57,405 nt of DNA from a virus (Duplodnaviria > Heunggongvirae > Uroviricota > Caudoviricetes). The notes beneath the pieces are model-generated. The model was not told the origin of the DNA. It worked only from the letters and a program-made list of their open reading frames with translations, and did not search any database. Every line of letters begins with the position of its first letter. The first letter of the stretch is position 1. The stretch lies in IMG/VR virus record IMGVR_UViG_648028025_000017. The stretch is one strand, 5' to 3'. A program made the position numbers and the translations under genes. Shown piece after piece: positions 40,679-51,452 of the stretch.

Positions 40679-41869
40679 ATGCCACTGACAGCTCGACAAG
40701 TTGAAACAGCCAAACCCAAAGATAAAATTTATAAGATTGCCGATGGTGGTGGGCTCTACCTTCAGGTCAATCCTAACGGCTCAAAGTACTGGCGAATGAA
40801 GTACCACTATGCGGGGAAGGAAAAGAAACTATCATTTGGCACCTATCCAACTATTACATTGGCTGAAGCTCGCAAACGTCGGGATGAAGCCAAGAAAATA
40901 CATGCCGATGGTAAAGATCCCGGTGAAGTCAAGAAAGCTGAAAATCTTGAGAAAAACCTTTCCGAAGGAAGAACTTTTGCCGCAATCGCCACCGAGTGGT
41001 ACAACGCAAAAGTTTCAGGCTGGTCTGCCAGCTACGCTGATTATGTCGACAGAGCATTCAAAAATAATGTGTTTCCCTACATTGGAAACAGACCCATTAG
41101 TGAAATCGAACCTCTTGAACTTCTCGCAGTTCTTCAGCGTATCGAAAGCCGAGGAGCCTGCGAGCTAGCTAATAAAGTTCGCCAACGATGTGGTGAAGTG
41201 TTTCGGTATGCCATTGTTACAGGTCGGGCACGATACAATCCAGCTTCTGATCTGGTTATAGCAATGAAAAGCTATAAGCGAACACATTACCCTTTCCTGC
41301 TTCCTCCTGAACTACCAGAGTTTTTATACAAACTCGAAAACTAAACCGGCAGTATTGTAACCCGTGAAGCTACAAAATTGTTGATGCTCACAGGGCTGAG
41401 AACAGTAGAATTACGTATGGGGGAATGGTGTGAGATCGATTTTACCCAAAAGATATGGGAAGTTCCTCCGACCCGGATGAAAATGAGGAAGGAGCATATC
41501 GTCCCTCTGTCAGATCAGGCAATCCAGTCTCTGCAAATCCTCAAAGAACTGACTGGAAGATACAGATACATCTTTGCCGGAAGAAATGATGTTAACAGGC
41601 CTATCAGCGATGCAAGCGTCAATATGGTTTTGAAGAAGATTGGCTATGACAAAAAAGCTACCGGGCATGGATTTCGTCATACAATGAGTACTGTTCTACA
41701 CGAGCAAGGATTCAATAGTGCATGGATTGAAATGCAACTTGCACATACGGACAAAAACAGCATTCGTGGTACATACAACCATGCTCGTTACCTTGAAGGA
41801 AGACGAGAAATGATGCAATGGTACGCTGACTACCTTGATGCTCTTCGAAAAGAGTCACCAGCTATATAA
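40679..41869 (+). pseudogene. Second P4-type tyrosine integrase interrupted by an in-frame TAA (41342-41344)
   Basis: N-part ends ...FLYKLEN*, next codon in same frame continues TGSIVTREATKLLMLTGLRTVELR...HGFRH...Y; aligns collinearly with the integrase at 1-1158. Confidence 0.8.
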
Positions 41870-42537
41870 TCGCTTGATTTTAAAGGCTGACTTAACGATA
41901 TCCCCCTGATAGTCATTTATCAGTTATCTAATTATTAAGTCAGCCATAATCCCCTAAGTATCATTCCTTAATCAGATTCAGCACCTTGTAATACGACCGG
42001 TTAATTTAGAAAGAGACGATAGATAAACGCTTATGATGAAATACTAAGAAATTACTTCAGGCTCTATTAACTGGAGCTGTAATAGACAATAATTTAAATA
42101 ACGCAATAGTTATATTTATATCTTAATATAAATTTCCACTGTATTTAACGTCCAGGGAGCCATCTTGAAAGGATAAAAATTCACATTATCACCATAAAAT
42201 CACAACGACACCAAAACACATTTCACAACAACACCCTTGCAATAAACCTGTTTTTAACAAAAAATCAAAGACTGAAAAGAGTTTTGATTCAGAAAACCAC
42301 ATGAGACATGCTTAATATTTTTCAGTTTATCTAAAGGACGCGTTCATCTTTATTACAAAAATATAAGTACACTGTACTTATTAAACATCCAAAAATCACA
42401 CCAGTTAATATTTCTTGTATTACTGTAATTTCTGGAAAAATTTCTTCAAAAAAAATATAGCATACATATCTTTATATGCTATAAAAGATAAGGCAGATTT
42501 ATAACATACTTGCCTCAATAGAACTATCTAAGGGTTT

Positions 42538-42565
42538 GCCTCCACATATAGTGGAGGCTTTTTTT
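42538..42565 (+). terminator. Orphan intrinsic terminator-like hairpin in ORF-free AT-rich spacer
   Basis: GCCTCCAC-ATATA-GTGGAGGC followed by TTTTTTT. Confidence 0.6.
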
Positions 42566-43134
42566 ACCCAATAACAATATTATTCTGACACTTTATTCCT
42601 GTAATCAACAGCAAAAGTATCAAACCAGATGATAATTATTTTCATATTGAGTTTTATTATTCTTTTATATTGTCAATTCTAATCATAATTTATAATAAAT
42701 TTTTAATTATTATATTTGCAAAACACAATAATAATAAATTTCTCATTTTTAATTGCAAGTAATATACCTATAACATTTCAAGAATAAACTTTCACAGGTG
42801 ATTATGACCAATGATATTAACGCCGAACCAAAACACCTACAAAGTAGTAACCAATAATAGGCATGTGACATTACTTAACACTGGAATTAAATATCATCAC
42901 GCAATGTAAATATTTATAAATTAACCAGATTACATTGACCATTTTGTTCAGTTTTATAATTATTCCAATATAATGATATTCCAGTGTAAGTAGTTCAGGT
43001 TAGTTCATTTGAATTTTATAAGTAGACATGACGAGAAGAAATATGCGTTACTTTTTTATCATTTCTGATCTTATTATCTATAAGTCGATCAAAGAAAGAT
43101 TGATTACTATGAAATTTGATTCATGGAGTGACAC

Positions 43135-43256
43135 ATGACAAAGGGGAATATATCTGAAAGAGACTTTGATATCCTGATCAAGCTATCAGGAATACATAGC
43201 GAGAAGGCAATTCTTGCTTTGAAAAAATACTATGTCGATGGGGTCATCAGGAAAAT
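43135..43256 (+). pseudogene. 5' part of a small ORF interrupted by IS3-family insertion
   Basis: ATG with GGAG RBS, MTKGNISERDFDILIKLSGIHSEKAILALKKYYVDGVIRK, then IS inverted repeat. Confidence 0.35.
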
Positions 43257-43286
43257 TGATCCTACCCACGTAATGTGGACACGGCC

Positions 43287-44130
43287 CTAAGCGAGATTAT
43301 GGTTTTCAAATTGTTCCGGGCTGAGACCGCCACAGGCACTGTGACGACGCCAGCGATTGTAATCACACTCGATATAATTAAACACCGTTGCCCGCATTAT
43401 TTCCCGGCTGCTAAAGCGTTCCCCGTGGATACATTCCACCTTCAGCGAATGAAAGAAGCTTTCCACACAGGCATTGTCATAACAGTAGCCTTTCGCACTC
43501 ATACTGCCACGCAGGTTGTGTCGCTTCAGCAGCGCCTGATAATCCCCTGAACAGTATTGACCACCACGGTCCGTATGAACAATGACGCTTTCCGGGCGTC
43601 TTCTCCGCCACAACGCCATTTGTAGTGCATCACAGGCCAGTTGTGCTGTCATTCGCGGTGACATCGACCAGCCAATGACGGCGCGTGACCACAGGTCGAT
43701 GACTACTGCGAGATACAACCAGCCCTCATCGGTACGCAAGTACGTGATGTCACCCGCCCACTTCTGGTTCGGGCCTCTGGCGCTGAAGTCCTGCTCCAGC
43801 AGATTCTCCAATACGGGCAGGCCATGTGCACGGTAGCTGACCGGGCTGAACTTTCGCCCGCAGCCCCTGACGACGCAGGCTGGCGGCAATGGTTTTAATA
43901 TTGAACTCCGGCAGTTCGTCAGCAAGGCGGGGAGCACCGTATCGCTGCTTTGCCTCAAAGAATGCCTTATGGACAGCGGCATCGCAGGTGAGCCGAAACT
44001 GTTGGCGAAGGCTCATCTGGTGACGACGCCTGAGCCAGACATACCAGCCGCTGCGGGCAACCCGAAGTACACGACACATCGCTTTGATGCAGAACTCTGC
44101 CCGATGATTTTCGATGAAGACATACTTCAT
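43287..44130 (-). pseudogene. IS3-family transposase OrfB, split by a frameshift
   Basis: N-part ([13 protein letters not shown]...LRRQGLRAK) and C-part ([15 protein letters not shown]...DDE region) lie in different frames. Confidence 0.75.
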
Positions 44131-44426
44131 TTCAGGCGATTCGCGAAGTATGTCGCGGCCTTTTGGAGGATGGCCAGTTCCTCAGCCTGCTCCGCCAGTT
44201 GTCGTTTAAGGCGGACATTTTCAGCGGCCAGTTCGCTTTCGCGCTCTGACGAACTCATTTGTTGCTGCTGTTTACTGCGCCAGGCATAAAGCTGAGATTC
44301 ATAAAGGCTGAGTTCACGGGCTGCGGCGGCCACACCGATGCGTTCAGCGAGTTTCAGGGCTTCGTTACGAAATTCAGGCGAATGTTGTTCACGGGGCTTC
44401 TTGCTGATTGATACTGGTTTTGTCAT
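44127..44426 (-). CDS. IS3-family transposase OrfA
   Basis: [50 protein letters not shown] matches recalled IS3 OrfA. Confidence 0.9.
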   Translation of the reverse strand: MTKPVSISKKPREQHSPEFRNEALKLAERIGVAAAARELSLYESQLYAWRSKQQQQMSSSERESELAAENVRLKRQLAEQAEELAILQKAATYFANRLK

Positions 44427-46366
44427 GAGTCACCTCTGGTTGAGAGTTTACTCACTTAGTCCTGTGTCCACTATTGGTGGGTAAGATCAGATCAACGAAG
44501 AGAAGATCAGCATATATGCACTAGAAACCAAAATATCGAGCCAAGGCAATTGTTAACTTGCGTGGACAGATGCTCGTTATGTATTAAAATCCCATTGCTT
44601 AGTCACGAAGATAATGATCGTATGGCTTCCTTAAGGGCTGGTGAGACACGTTGATTAAGTGCTTCATTAGCCCAGTCGGATTGCACGGGTATTCTACGCA
44701 ATATCACTGTGTTTAAAGCAGCAAACAAACGATGCAGTAAATGTATAGAACCGGTCGCGATAGCTGTATCCACCCACTGGTCCGCATAGAGCCATGGGGC
44801 TGAAAATAAATCAGCCATCGCCTGAGTAGCAACTTCAATAGACGCTTTTTCTAGGCAAAGAACATCACCCTGATCGCCAAAATTATGCTCAAAGTAAGGC
44901 AATCCTTCTATATTCGTGCGAATTAGAGGAAATGGGCAGCGCCCAATGCTCAGTAAAATATAGGCGTCTATACGCTGATCATCGTCACCCACCTCTGCTG
45001 ACGGCAGTTTCGCTAGTTGCCCGAGTATCATCCAACTGGTTGATTTAGAAATGACCTTTGGGATTTGATCCTCTAAATTCACCAGAACACTCTTTGCATC
45101 ATCCCCGTGTTTAGAAATCCACGCTAATCCATCCTCAATCTTTAGATTGACTTGTTGGTTGTCTGGCATGGCTAAAGTAAACAATCCGTTTTTTATAGGT
45201 TCTTTATATGGCTCAATGCTGAGAAGGCCCTGAATAATTCCAAAGCTGAAATATCTCTCTTTAGCTGCCATACGGCGTATGGCTTGAGCACCGATCATAT
45301 CTCCAAGATAAGTGGCGTCTAGCCGTTCGCCAAGCCAAGCCCCGGCGTCTTGAGGGTCTTGTTCTGCCCGTAAAACCAGTTCATCACAAACAGCATCCGA
45401 CAGTTCCAGAAGGTAAGCTGCGGGAACTGTCGGCACCACAACATCTTCCCATCCTGAAAGGCGAAAAATACGAACTGCCCCCATATGTTTTAACTCATTC
45501 ACTACACCACGAGCTTCGTCAGAAAGTGCGTCATACCGCACGACAAATCCATTCGCTTTAGCAAACATTAATTCTACTGAGTGGGAGTTTGTGTCAGCTA
45601 GTGCGCAGCGTGCAAGAACCCGATAATAACGAAGAAGATCATACTGACTCTCATAGCTCTTTTGCGCAGCATCTATAAGTTCCATACCGGGTGATGGAGG
45701 AAGATAGGCGATAAGATCCGTTTTCTGGTATTGATGATTGCGCACAATGTCATCATAAATAGTGCGAAGAACCCAAGGCGAGCGGTAGTCATCGGCGTAT
45801 TCTGCTCCCTGTTGAAAAACTATCCGCTGGTCCGAGAGAATCTGTTGCGCCAGCTTAAATTCATCTAGGGACATAGGCGATGTTTTAAATACCTTCGACC
45901 GGCTACCAATTGCAGACGGAGTTCGTCCGTTTGGATTTTTCAGTAACGCGTTGGCATGATAGGTCGTCAGAACAACCACCAGCCTGTTGCCAAAACGTAT
46001 ACCCGCAAGTTCCTCAAGATCAGTAGCCATTTGGGAGCCTGGTTCAACGTCGTCGATAGCAAGCATAAGCGATGGACCTTCAGTGCAGTTAGACATTCGT
46101 CTTAACCAGTTACGTGCATCATTTGAGGTTAAATTCCATTCAAATTCAGCTGCAAAAAGATTGGCCAGAGCCTGAAATAGTCCTGGTCCGGAACCTCGTA
46201 ACATCAGGACAGCCAAAAGATCGCTACTTTCCGTTTTTAGCGAAATTTCACGGAGGCAACTGCTTTTTCCGCTTTGTGCATCACCCTCAATGATAGTGAA
46301 AGCTGTACCCATTGAACCGCCCCGGGAATCCTGGAGACCAAACTCCCTGAGAAAGAGGTAAACAGG

Positions 46367-46693
46367 ATGACTAAAAATACACGTTTTTCCCCCGAGGTCC
46401 GTCAACGGGCAGTTCGTATGGTTCTGGAAAGTCAGGGCGAATATGACTCACAATGGGCGGCAATTTGTTCCATTGCCCCAAAGATTGGCTGTACACCAGA
46501 GACTCTGCGTGTGTGGGTTCGTCAGCATGAGCGGGATACCGGGAGTGGTGATGGTGGACTCACCACCGCTGAACGTCAGCGTCTGAAAGAGCTGGAACGT
46601 GAAAATCGTGAACTGCGCCGCAGTAACGATATCCTTCGCCAGGCTTCCGCTTATTTTGCGAAGGCGGAGTTCGACCGCCTCTGGAAAAAATAA
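46367..46693 (+). CDS. IS629-like transposase OrfA
   Basis: 108 aa HTH protein [26 protein letters not shown]. Confidence 0.9.
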   Translation: MTKNTRFSPEVRQRAVRMVLESQGEYDSQWAAICSIAPKIGCTPETLRVWVRQHERDTGSGDGGLTTAERQRLKELERENRELRRSNDILRQASAYFAKAEFDRLWKK

Positions 46694-47580
46694 TGCCGCT
46701 GCTGGATAAGCTGCGTGAGCAGTACGGGGTCGGACCGGTATGCAGTGAACTGCATATTGCCCCGTCAACGTATTACCACTGTCAGCAACAGCGACATCAT
46801 CCTGATAAACGCAGTGCCCGTGCTCAGCGCGATGACTGGCTGAAGAGAGAGATACAGCGCGTATACGATGAAAATCATCAGGTGTACGGTGTGCGTAAAG
46901 TCTGGCGCCAGTTGTTACGCGAAGGTATCAGGGTGGCCAGATGTACAGTGGCGCGCCTCATGGCGGTTATGGGACTTGCCGGTGTTCTCCGGGGTAAAAA
47001 GGTCCGTACTACCGTCAGCCGGAAAGCCGTTTCCGCAGGCGACCGCGTAAACCGTCAGTTCGTGGCAGAACGTCCTGACCAGCTGTGGGTGGCTGATTTT
47101 ACTTACGTCAGCACATGGCAGGGCTTCGTCTGTGTGGCGTTCATCATTGATGTGTTTGCCGGATGTATCGTGGGGTGGCGAGTCTCATCGTCTATGGAAA
47201 CGACATTCGTGCTGGATGCACTGGAGCAGGCGTTGTGGGCCCGTCGGCCGTCCGGCACAGTCCATCACAGTGATAAAGGTTCTCAGTATGTATCACTGGC
47301 CTATACGGAGCGACTAAAAGAAGCAAAACTGCTGGCATCAACAGGGAGTACAGGTGACTCGTATGACAACGCGATGGCGGAGAGCATCAATGGTCTTTAC
47401 AAAGCGGAGGTAATACACCGTAAGAGCTGGAAAAACCGTGCAGAAGTGGAACTGGCCACACTCACGTGGGTGGACTGGTATAACAATCGACGATTGCTGG
47501 GAAGGCTGGGTCATATCCCTCCGGCAGAAGCAGAAAAAGCTTATTATGCTTCCATCAGAAACGATGATCTGGCAGCCTGA
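46693..47580 (+). CDS. IS629-like transposase OrfB (DDE integrase core)
   Basis: 295 aa; HSDKGSQY ... DNAMAESINGLYKAE motifs. Confidence 0.9.
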   Translation: MPLLDKLREQYGVGPVCSELHIAPSTYYHCQQQRHHPDKRSARAQRDDWLKREIQRVYDENHQVYGVRKVWRQLLREGIRVARCTVARLMAVMGLAGVLRGKKVRTTVSRKAVSAGDRVNRQFVAERPDQLWVADFTYVSTWQGFVCVAFIIDVFAGCIVGWRVSSSMETTFVLDALEQALWARRPSGTVHHSDKGSQYVSLAYTERLKEAKLLASTGSTGDSYDNAMAESINGLYKAEVIHRKSWKNRAEVELATLTWVDWYNNRRLLGRLGHIPPAEAEKAYYASIRNDDLAA

Positions 47581-48919
47581 GTTCACAGATAAAACACTCT
47601 CCAGGAAAACCGGGGCGGTTCACATCACAGCAGATTCAATTACAAGAGACGTGATTTTGCGAGGAAAAAGTAGGTTGTTGGCAAATGGATGTTCTGAATG
47701 CCCAGGCTGATCAGTTATATCAATCAGCAGCCGGGCTGTTTCTTCTCGCACAGCTGGCACCCAAGCATTAGTTTCTCGCCCCATCAAGGCTTCAATAGCC
47801 CAGCGCATGTCAGCCGCCGCCAACTTTGCAGAATTGGCGAGCATCTTGTTTACCGCTGCCGAGGCATCCTGTCCACCCGACCACTGTTGTCCATTACTTG
47901 AGTCATAAACGCGCGTATCTTTACCGTTCGTAACTACAACGAGAGGCGGACGTGGTGTTAACTGGTTAGCGTAGCTTTGAGCCTGTTCATAATCATCATG
48001 GGTCAGTGTCAGGTCTTCACGTTTCAGTTCAATAACCGCAAGTGGTCTCTCCCGATGAAAGATCAAAACATCCGCTCGCCCGTATTTTTTCCAGTGTGCG
48101 GCGCTATCTATTTTGTAAGTTCCATGGCCTAGCCGAACGGTAAAATGGCGCTGTTCGATAAGATCTTCGCGAGGAATGTTAGGAAATGCTATGTTTAGTG
48201 CTGAAGTAAGCCGGCTTTCTAGCTCGGCTTCAGTTCGAACGAGTGGAGAGCCCGTTTTTGATTGCATACTTTTCATGACAAAGTATCCTCAGATATTAGT
48301 CATTGGCTAAGTTTTTATTTCACTTACTACCTTTCCAGATTAATGCGAAGACGCATAGCATTGGATTAACGGATGTGAAATGGATTATTGACAAGCAAAG
48401 TAACTTTTTCCGCATAACTATCAATTGATTAGCTGAAGAAAGGGAATATGATTTAGTTCACTCAGGTTTCTCCAGCACGATGTGCAGATGCTAAAGCCAC
48501 GATTAATTCTAAAGCAGATTAATATAACCCTGAAACAGGCAGAGCTGGAAACGCCTGTATCGGAAGTATGCCGCATGACCGCCCCCGATAACTCACACCG
48601 AATGCCAATAGGAATGTCAGCCCCTCGCTCATAGCAGACCTTCGGGCCTGGCAGCTTAGTGCCAAGAACACTCCCCAGTGGCCTATCGGCAAGTGTAAGC
48701 GTACGAATATCGCCTCCGTGCTACACAGTAGACGACTACATTTTCGACGCATGAGCAAATCGTGGCTTTAGTTGTCTAAAACCAGTGCTTCAACACTTTT
48801 TTTTCACCAAACAACGCATCGTAGAAGCACTAGTTGGATTCCACAGGCTTACGTAAACAAATAGCGCTAACGGCTAAGCTGGTCCATTAGACGCTCAATC
48901 ATCCTCGCAAGAGGTATAG

Positions 48920-49936
48920 TTACTCGATGCCCAGAACAAATGACATTAACAAATCTAGCTTTATTTTCATGTCTGCAGTTGCCGAAGCCGCATTAACCTG
49001 CGGCAAGGCAAGCCATCTGTTTACGGCATCGGAGTTGAATCTCTGCTGCCTTAGGAACGAAGATACCGACGTTTCCCAGGAAAAGATTTCACCCCCACAA
49101 AGTTCGACGGGCTGCTGAGAGCAGGCTCGCTGAATAGTCATTCCCAAACCGACGTAGCGGAGAAGCTCACGTCGCACATTCTCATCTTTTTGCATGACTG
49201 GTGCATCCAGTTTCGGTTTCGGTCCAAAGTACACTCCGGTAGTACCTGGTTGTAATGTCGGGTCACTGGAAAAATAAACCGGAACTCCCATCAATTTAAA
49301 TGCCGCTGTCAAAATTTCATAACTAATGTCTGATCGACTCCAACGGCCCATGTGGGGTGGTACTTTTGGCAAACCGACCAGATCATCGCCACGGCTTACA
49401 ATCGATACCCCCTCAACTGGCACGGATGGTTGCATTCTGAATACAGCGTCAGAATCGATTTCCCAGCCAGCTTCGCTTAACAATCGCAAAAAATTACCAG
49501 CAGCCACGCACGATGATTCACTCCACTCAACACAACCGATGCGCAGCTTGTCCCGCTGACCGAACTGTCCTGTTCGAAATAATTCGAGGTATCTGTCGCG
49601 ATTGGAACTATTAACGGCATATGCATCAATCACAGTAGGCGGTACAGGTTTACTTGCAGATTCAGGATTTTGTTGAAGCAAATCTGGGCTTATGAAAAAC
49701 ACTATAGCGAAGATCGCCACTGCGCCAGATGCTCTTAACCACCCATTAAATTTTACTTCAAGGAAACCAGGCAGAACTGCACCAATACATCCGGCAGCCA
49801 GAACCAGAACTATTCGGTAAACTATATATTGATAAGGTGTGGGATTGGGGGTTGTGATAGTAGTAATGAGTATGGCAACTATCGCCACAACCGCAAAACC
49901 ATACCTAATGAACTTGTCTGTCCTTACACTGCTCAT
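48920..49936 (-). CDS. Membrane protein of unknown function (N-terminal TM helices + about 240-aa soluble domain)
   Basis: 338 aa; hydrophobic segments AVVAIVAILITTI, IVLVLAAGCIGAVLPGFL, AVAIFAIVFFI. Confidence 0.6.
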   Translation of the reverse strand: MSSVRTDKFIRYGFAVVAIVAILITTITTPNPTPYQYIVYRIVLVLAAGCIGAVLPGFLEVKFNGWLRASGAVAIFAIVFFISPDLLQQNPESASKPVPPTVIDAYAVNSSNRDRYLELFRTGQFGQRDKLRIGCVEWSESSCVAAGNFLRLLSEAGWEIDSDAVFRMQPSVPVEGVSIVSRGDDLVGLPKVPPHMGRWSRSDISYEILTAAFKLMGVPVYFSSDPTLQPGTTGVYFGPKPKLDAPVMQKDENVRRELLRYVGLGMTIQRACSQQPVELCGGEIFSWETSVSSFLRQQRFNSDAVNRWLALPQVNAASATADMKIKLDLLMSFVLGIE

Positions 49937-50408
49937 TTTAATTTTGACACCTGAATCAAGTCCATAAGTCGAAAATCCCGCATTAAACTGCTCCCCAATG
50001 ATTAATACAGCTTTATACGCGTAATGAGGCTATTGGCGTTGGTGATGAGTGTAACTGTCCATTCCTCGCTCAGAGCAACCTTCTGCTCCAAGAGTCAGTC
50101 TACAGTGTGCAAAAAACAGACGTTGATCACAATATCGAGTTAATCATTCGGCCGTTTATCACTCCCATTGAAAAATTTCTCAGTATCCAATATACCAATG
50201 TTGAGGGCTTCCCTCTTACATCTCAAAAGGATAACTATCATGGGTCTTAAACCTGGTCCAAAACCAATTGCTAAATCGACAGGAAAACCAGATCAACGCC
50301 GACGAGATAATAAAGATACTCCTGGCAACACTCCGGGACTAAAGCCAAGTAAGTCGTAACCGGCTCATTTAAACCGTCTGGTCTGTTTCCTCCGGCTCTA
50401 CAAAAATA

Positions 50409-51086
50409 ATGTCCATCATTTTTAATGGACACTATCGTATGAAACACCGGACCTGGATCACTGAAGCTTTACGTCTTCACTTTGAAGAACATTTACCCCG
50501 GGTTGTGGCCGGGCGTCGCCTGGGTGTACCAAAATCAACAGTTTGTAGTATGTTCGTGCGCTTTCGGAGAGCTGGCCTTTCGTGGCCTTTGCCCGCAGGC
50601 ATGTCGGAGCAGGAACTTGATGCCTGCCTTTACGGACAATTTTCCACGGTACCAGTCGTACGTCCTGAAAGCACCGTTATATCCGAAGCCCCCGTGGTAA
50701 AAAAACGTCCCCGGCGGCCCAACTTCCCTTATGAGTTTAAAATCGCCTTAGTGGAGCAGTCACTGCAGCCCGGAGCCTGTGTGGCGCAGATCGCCCGGGA
50801 AAACGGAATCAACGATAACCTGCTCTTCAACTGGCGCCATCAATACCGGAAAGGTGGCCTGCTGCCTTCCGGAAAAAATATGCCGGCACTGCTTCCCGTG
50901 ACGTTAACGCCGGAGCCGGATAATAAAATCCCGGCCCCCGCACAGGAACCAGAGCAGATAAATACACCGTCCGACAGTCTGTGTTGTGAGCTGGTTCTGC
51001 CGGCCGGAACTCTCAGGCTTAAAGGTAAACTGACGCCGGCGTTATTACAGACACTTATCCGCGAAATAAAAGGGAGCAGCCACTGA
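50409..51086 (+). CDS. IS66-family accessory protein TnpA (start uncertain)
   Basis: HTH segments incl. IARENGINDNLLFNWRHQYRKGG. Confidence 0.7.
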   Translation: MSIIFNGHYRMKHRTWITEALRLHFEEHLPRVVAGRRLGVPKSTVCSMFVRFRRAGLSWPLPAGMSEQELDACLYGQFSTVPVVRPESTVISEAPVVKKRPRRPNFPYEFKIALVEQSLQPGACVAQIARENGINDNLLFNWRHQYRKGGLLPSGKNMPALLPVTLTPEPDNKIPAPAQEPEQINTPSDSLCCELVLPAGTLRLKGKLTPALLQTLIREIKGSSH

Positions 51087-51433
51087 TGATATCTCTCCCT
51101 GCAGGTTCGCGTATCTGGCTGGTTGCAGGTATCACCGATATGCGAAATGGCTTTAACGGCCTGGCATCAAAAGTTCAGAACGTCCTGAAGGATGACCCGT
51201 TCTCCGGACACCTGTTCATCTTCCGCGGACGCCGGGGTGACCAGATAAAAGTGTTGTGGGCTGACAGTGACGGACTGTGCCTCTTCACCAAACGCCTGGA
51301 GCGGGGCCGCTTCGTCTGGCCAGTCACCCGTGACGGCAAGGTGCACCTTACTCCGGCTCAGTTATCCATGCTTCTTGAAGGTATCAACTGGAAGCACCCG
51401 AAACGAACGGAACGCGCTGGAATCCGCATATAA
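51086..51433 (+). CDS. IS66-family TnpB
   Basis: 115 aa; RIWLVAGITDMRNGFNGLA typical of IS66 Orf2. Confidence 0.85.
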   Translation: MISLPAGSRIWLVAGITDMRNGFNGLASKVQNVLKDDPFSGHLFIFRGRRGDQIKVLWADSDGLCLFTKRLERGRFVWPVTRDGKVHLTPAQLSMLLEGINWKHPKRTERAGIRI

Positions 51434-51452
51434 CCCGTTGTAAAGTGAGGAT

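Larger units (their letters stand above)
43257..44489 (-). mobile_element. IS3-family insertion sequence (IS3-like), about 1.23 kb
   Basis: Terminal TGATCCTACCCAC... and ...GGGTAAGATCA inverted repeats; orfA + orfB. Confidence 0.85.
46313..47622 (+). mobile_element. IS629/IS1203-like IS3-family insertion sequence, 1310 bp, 3-bp target duplication CAT
   Basis: Ends TGAACCGCCCCGGGAATCCTGG / CCAGGAAAACCGGGGCGGTTCA; flanking CAT at 46310-46312 and 47623-47625. Confidence 0.9.
44603..48276 (-). pseudogene. PD-(D/E)xK nuclease - STAND-like P-loop NTPase gene (about 786 aa if restored) disrupted by IS629-like insertion
   Basis: N-part 218 aa with D...ELK nuclease motif (RADVLIFHRERPLAVIELKRE); C-part with Walker A GDAQSGKSS and Walker B LMLAIDDVEP; IS flanked by 3-bp CAT duplication that is the Met codon joining the halves. 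Confidence 0.75.

Noticed and set aside
40679-41869. Treating the second integrase as the prophage integrase (lambda-style xis-int next to attL)
   Set aside because: The att core-like sequence lies upstream of this gene, the gene carries a premature stop, and the intact integrase at the other end sits next to the serotype-conversion module as in other prophages of this type; the tandem-island reading fits better, though this remains an inference.
42600-43130. Possible CRISPR array or tandem repeats in the AT-rich spacer
   Set aside because: Only low-complexity A/T runs and short palindromes are present; no regularly spaced direct repeats.
48519-48758. 79-aa minus-strand ORF in the GC-rich spacer
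   Set aside because: Cysteine/arginine/leucine-rich translation with no start context; the region looks non-coding and structured.
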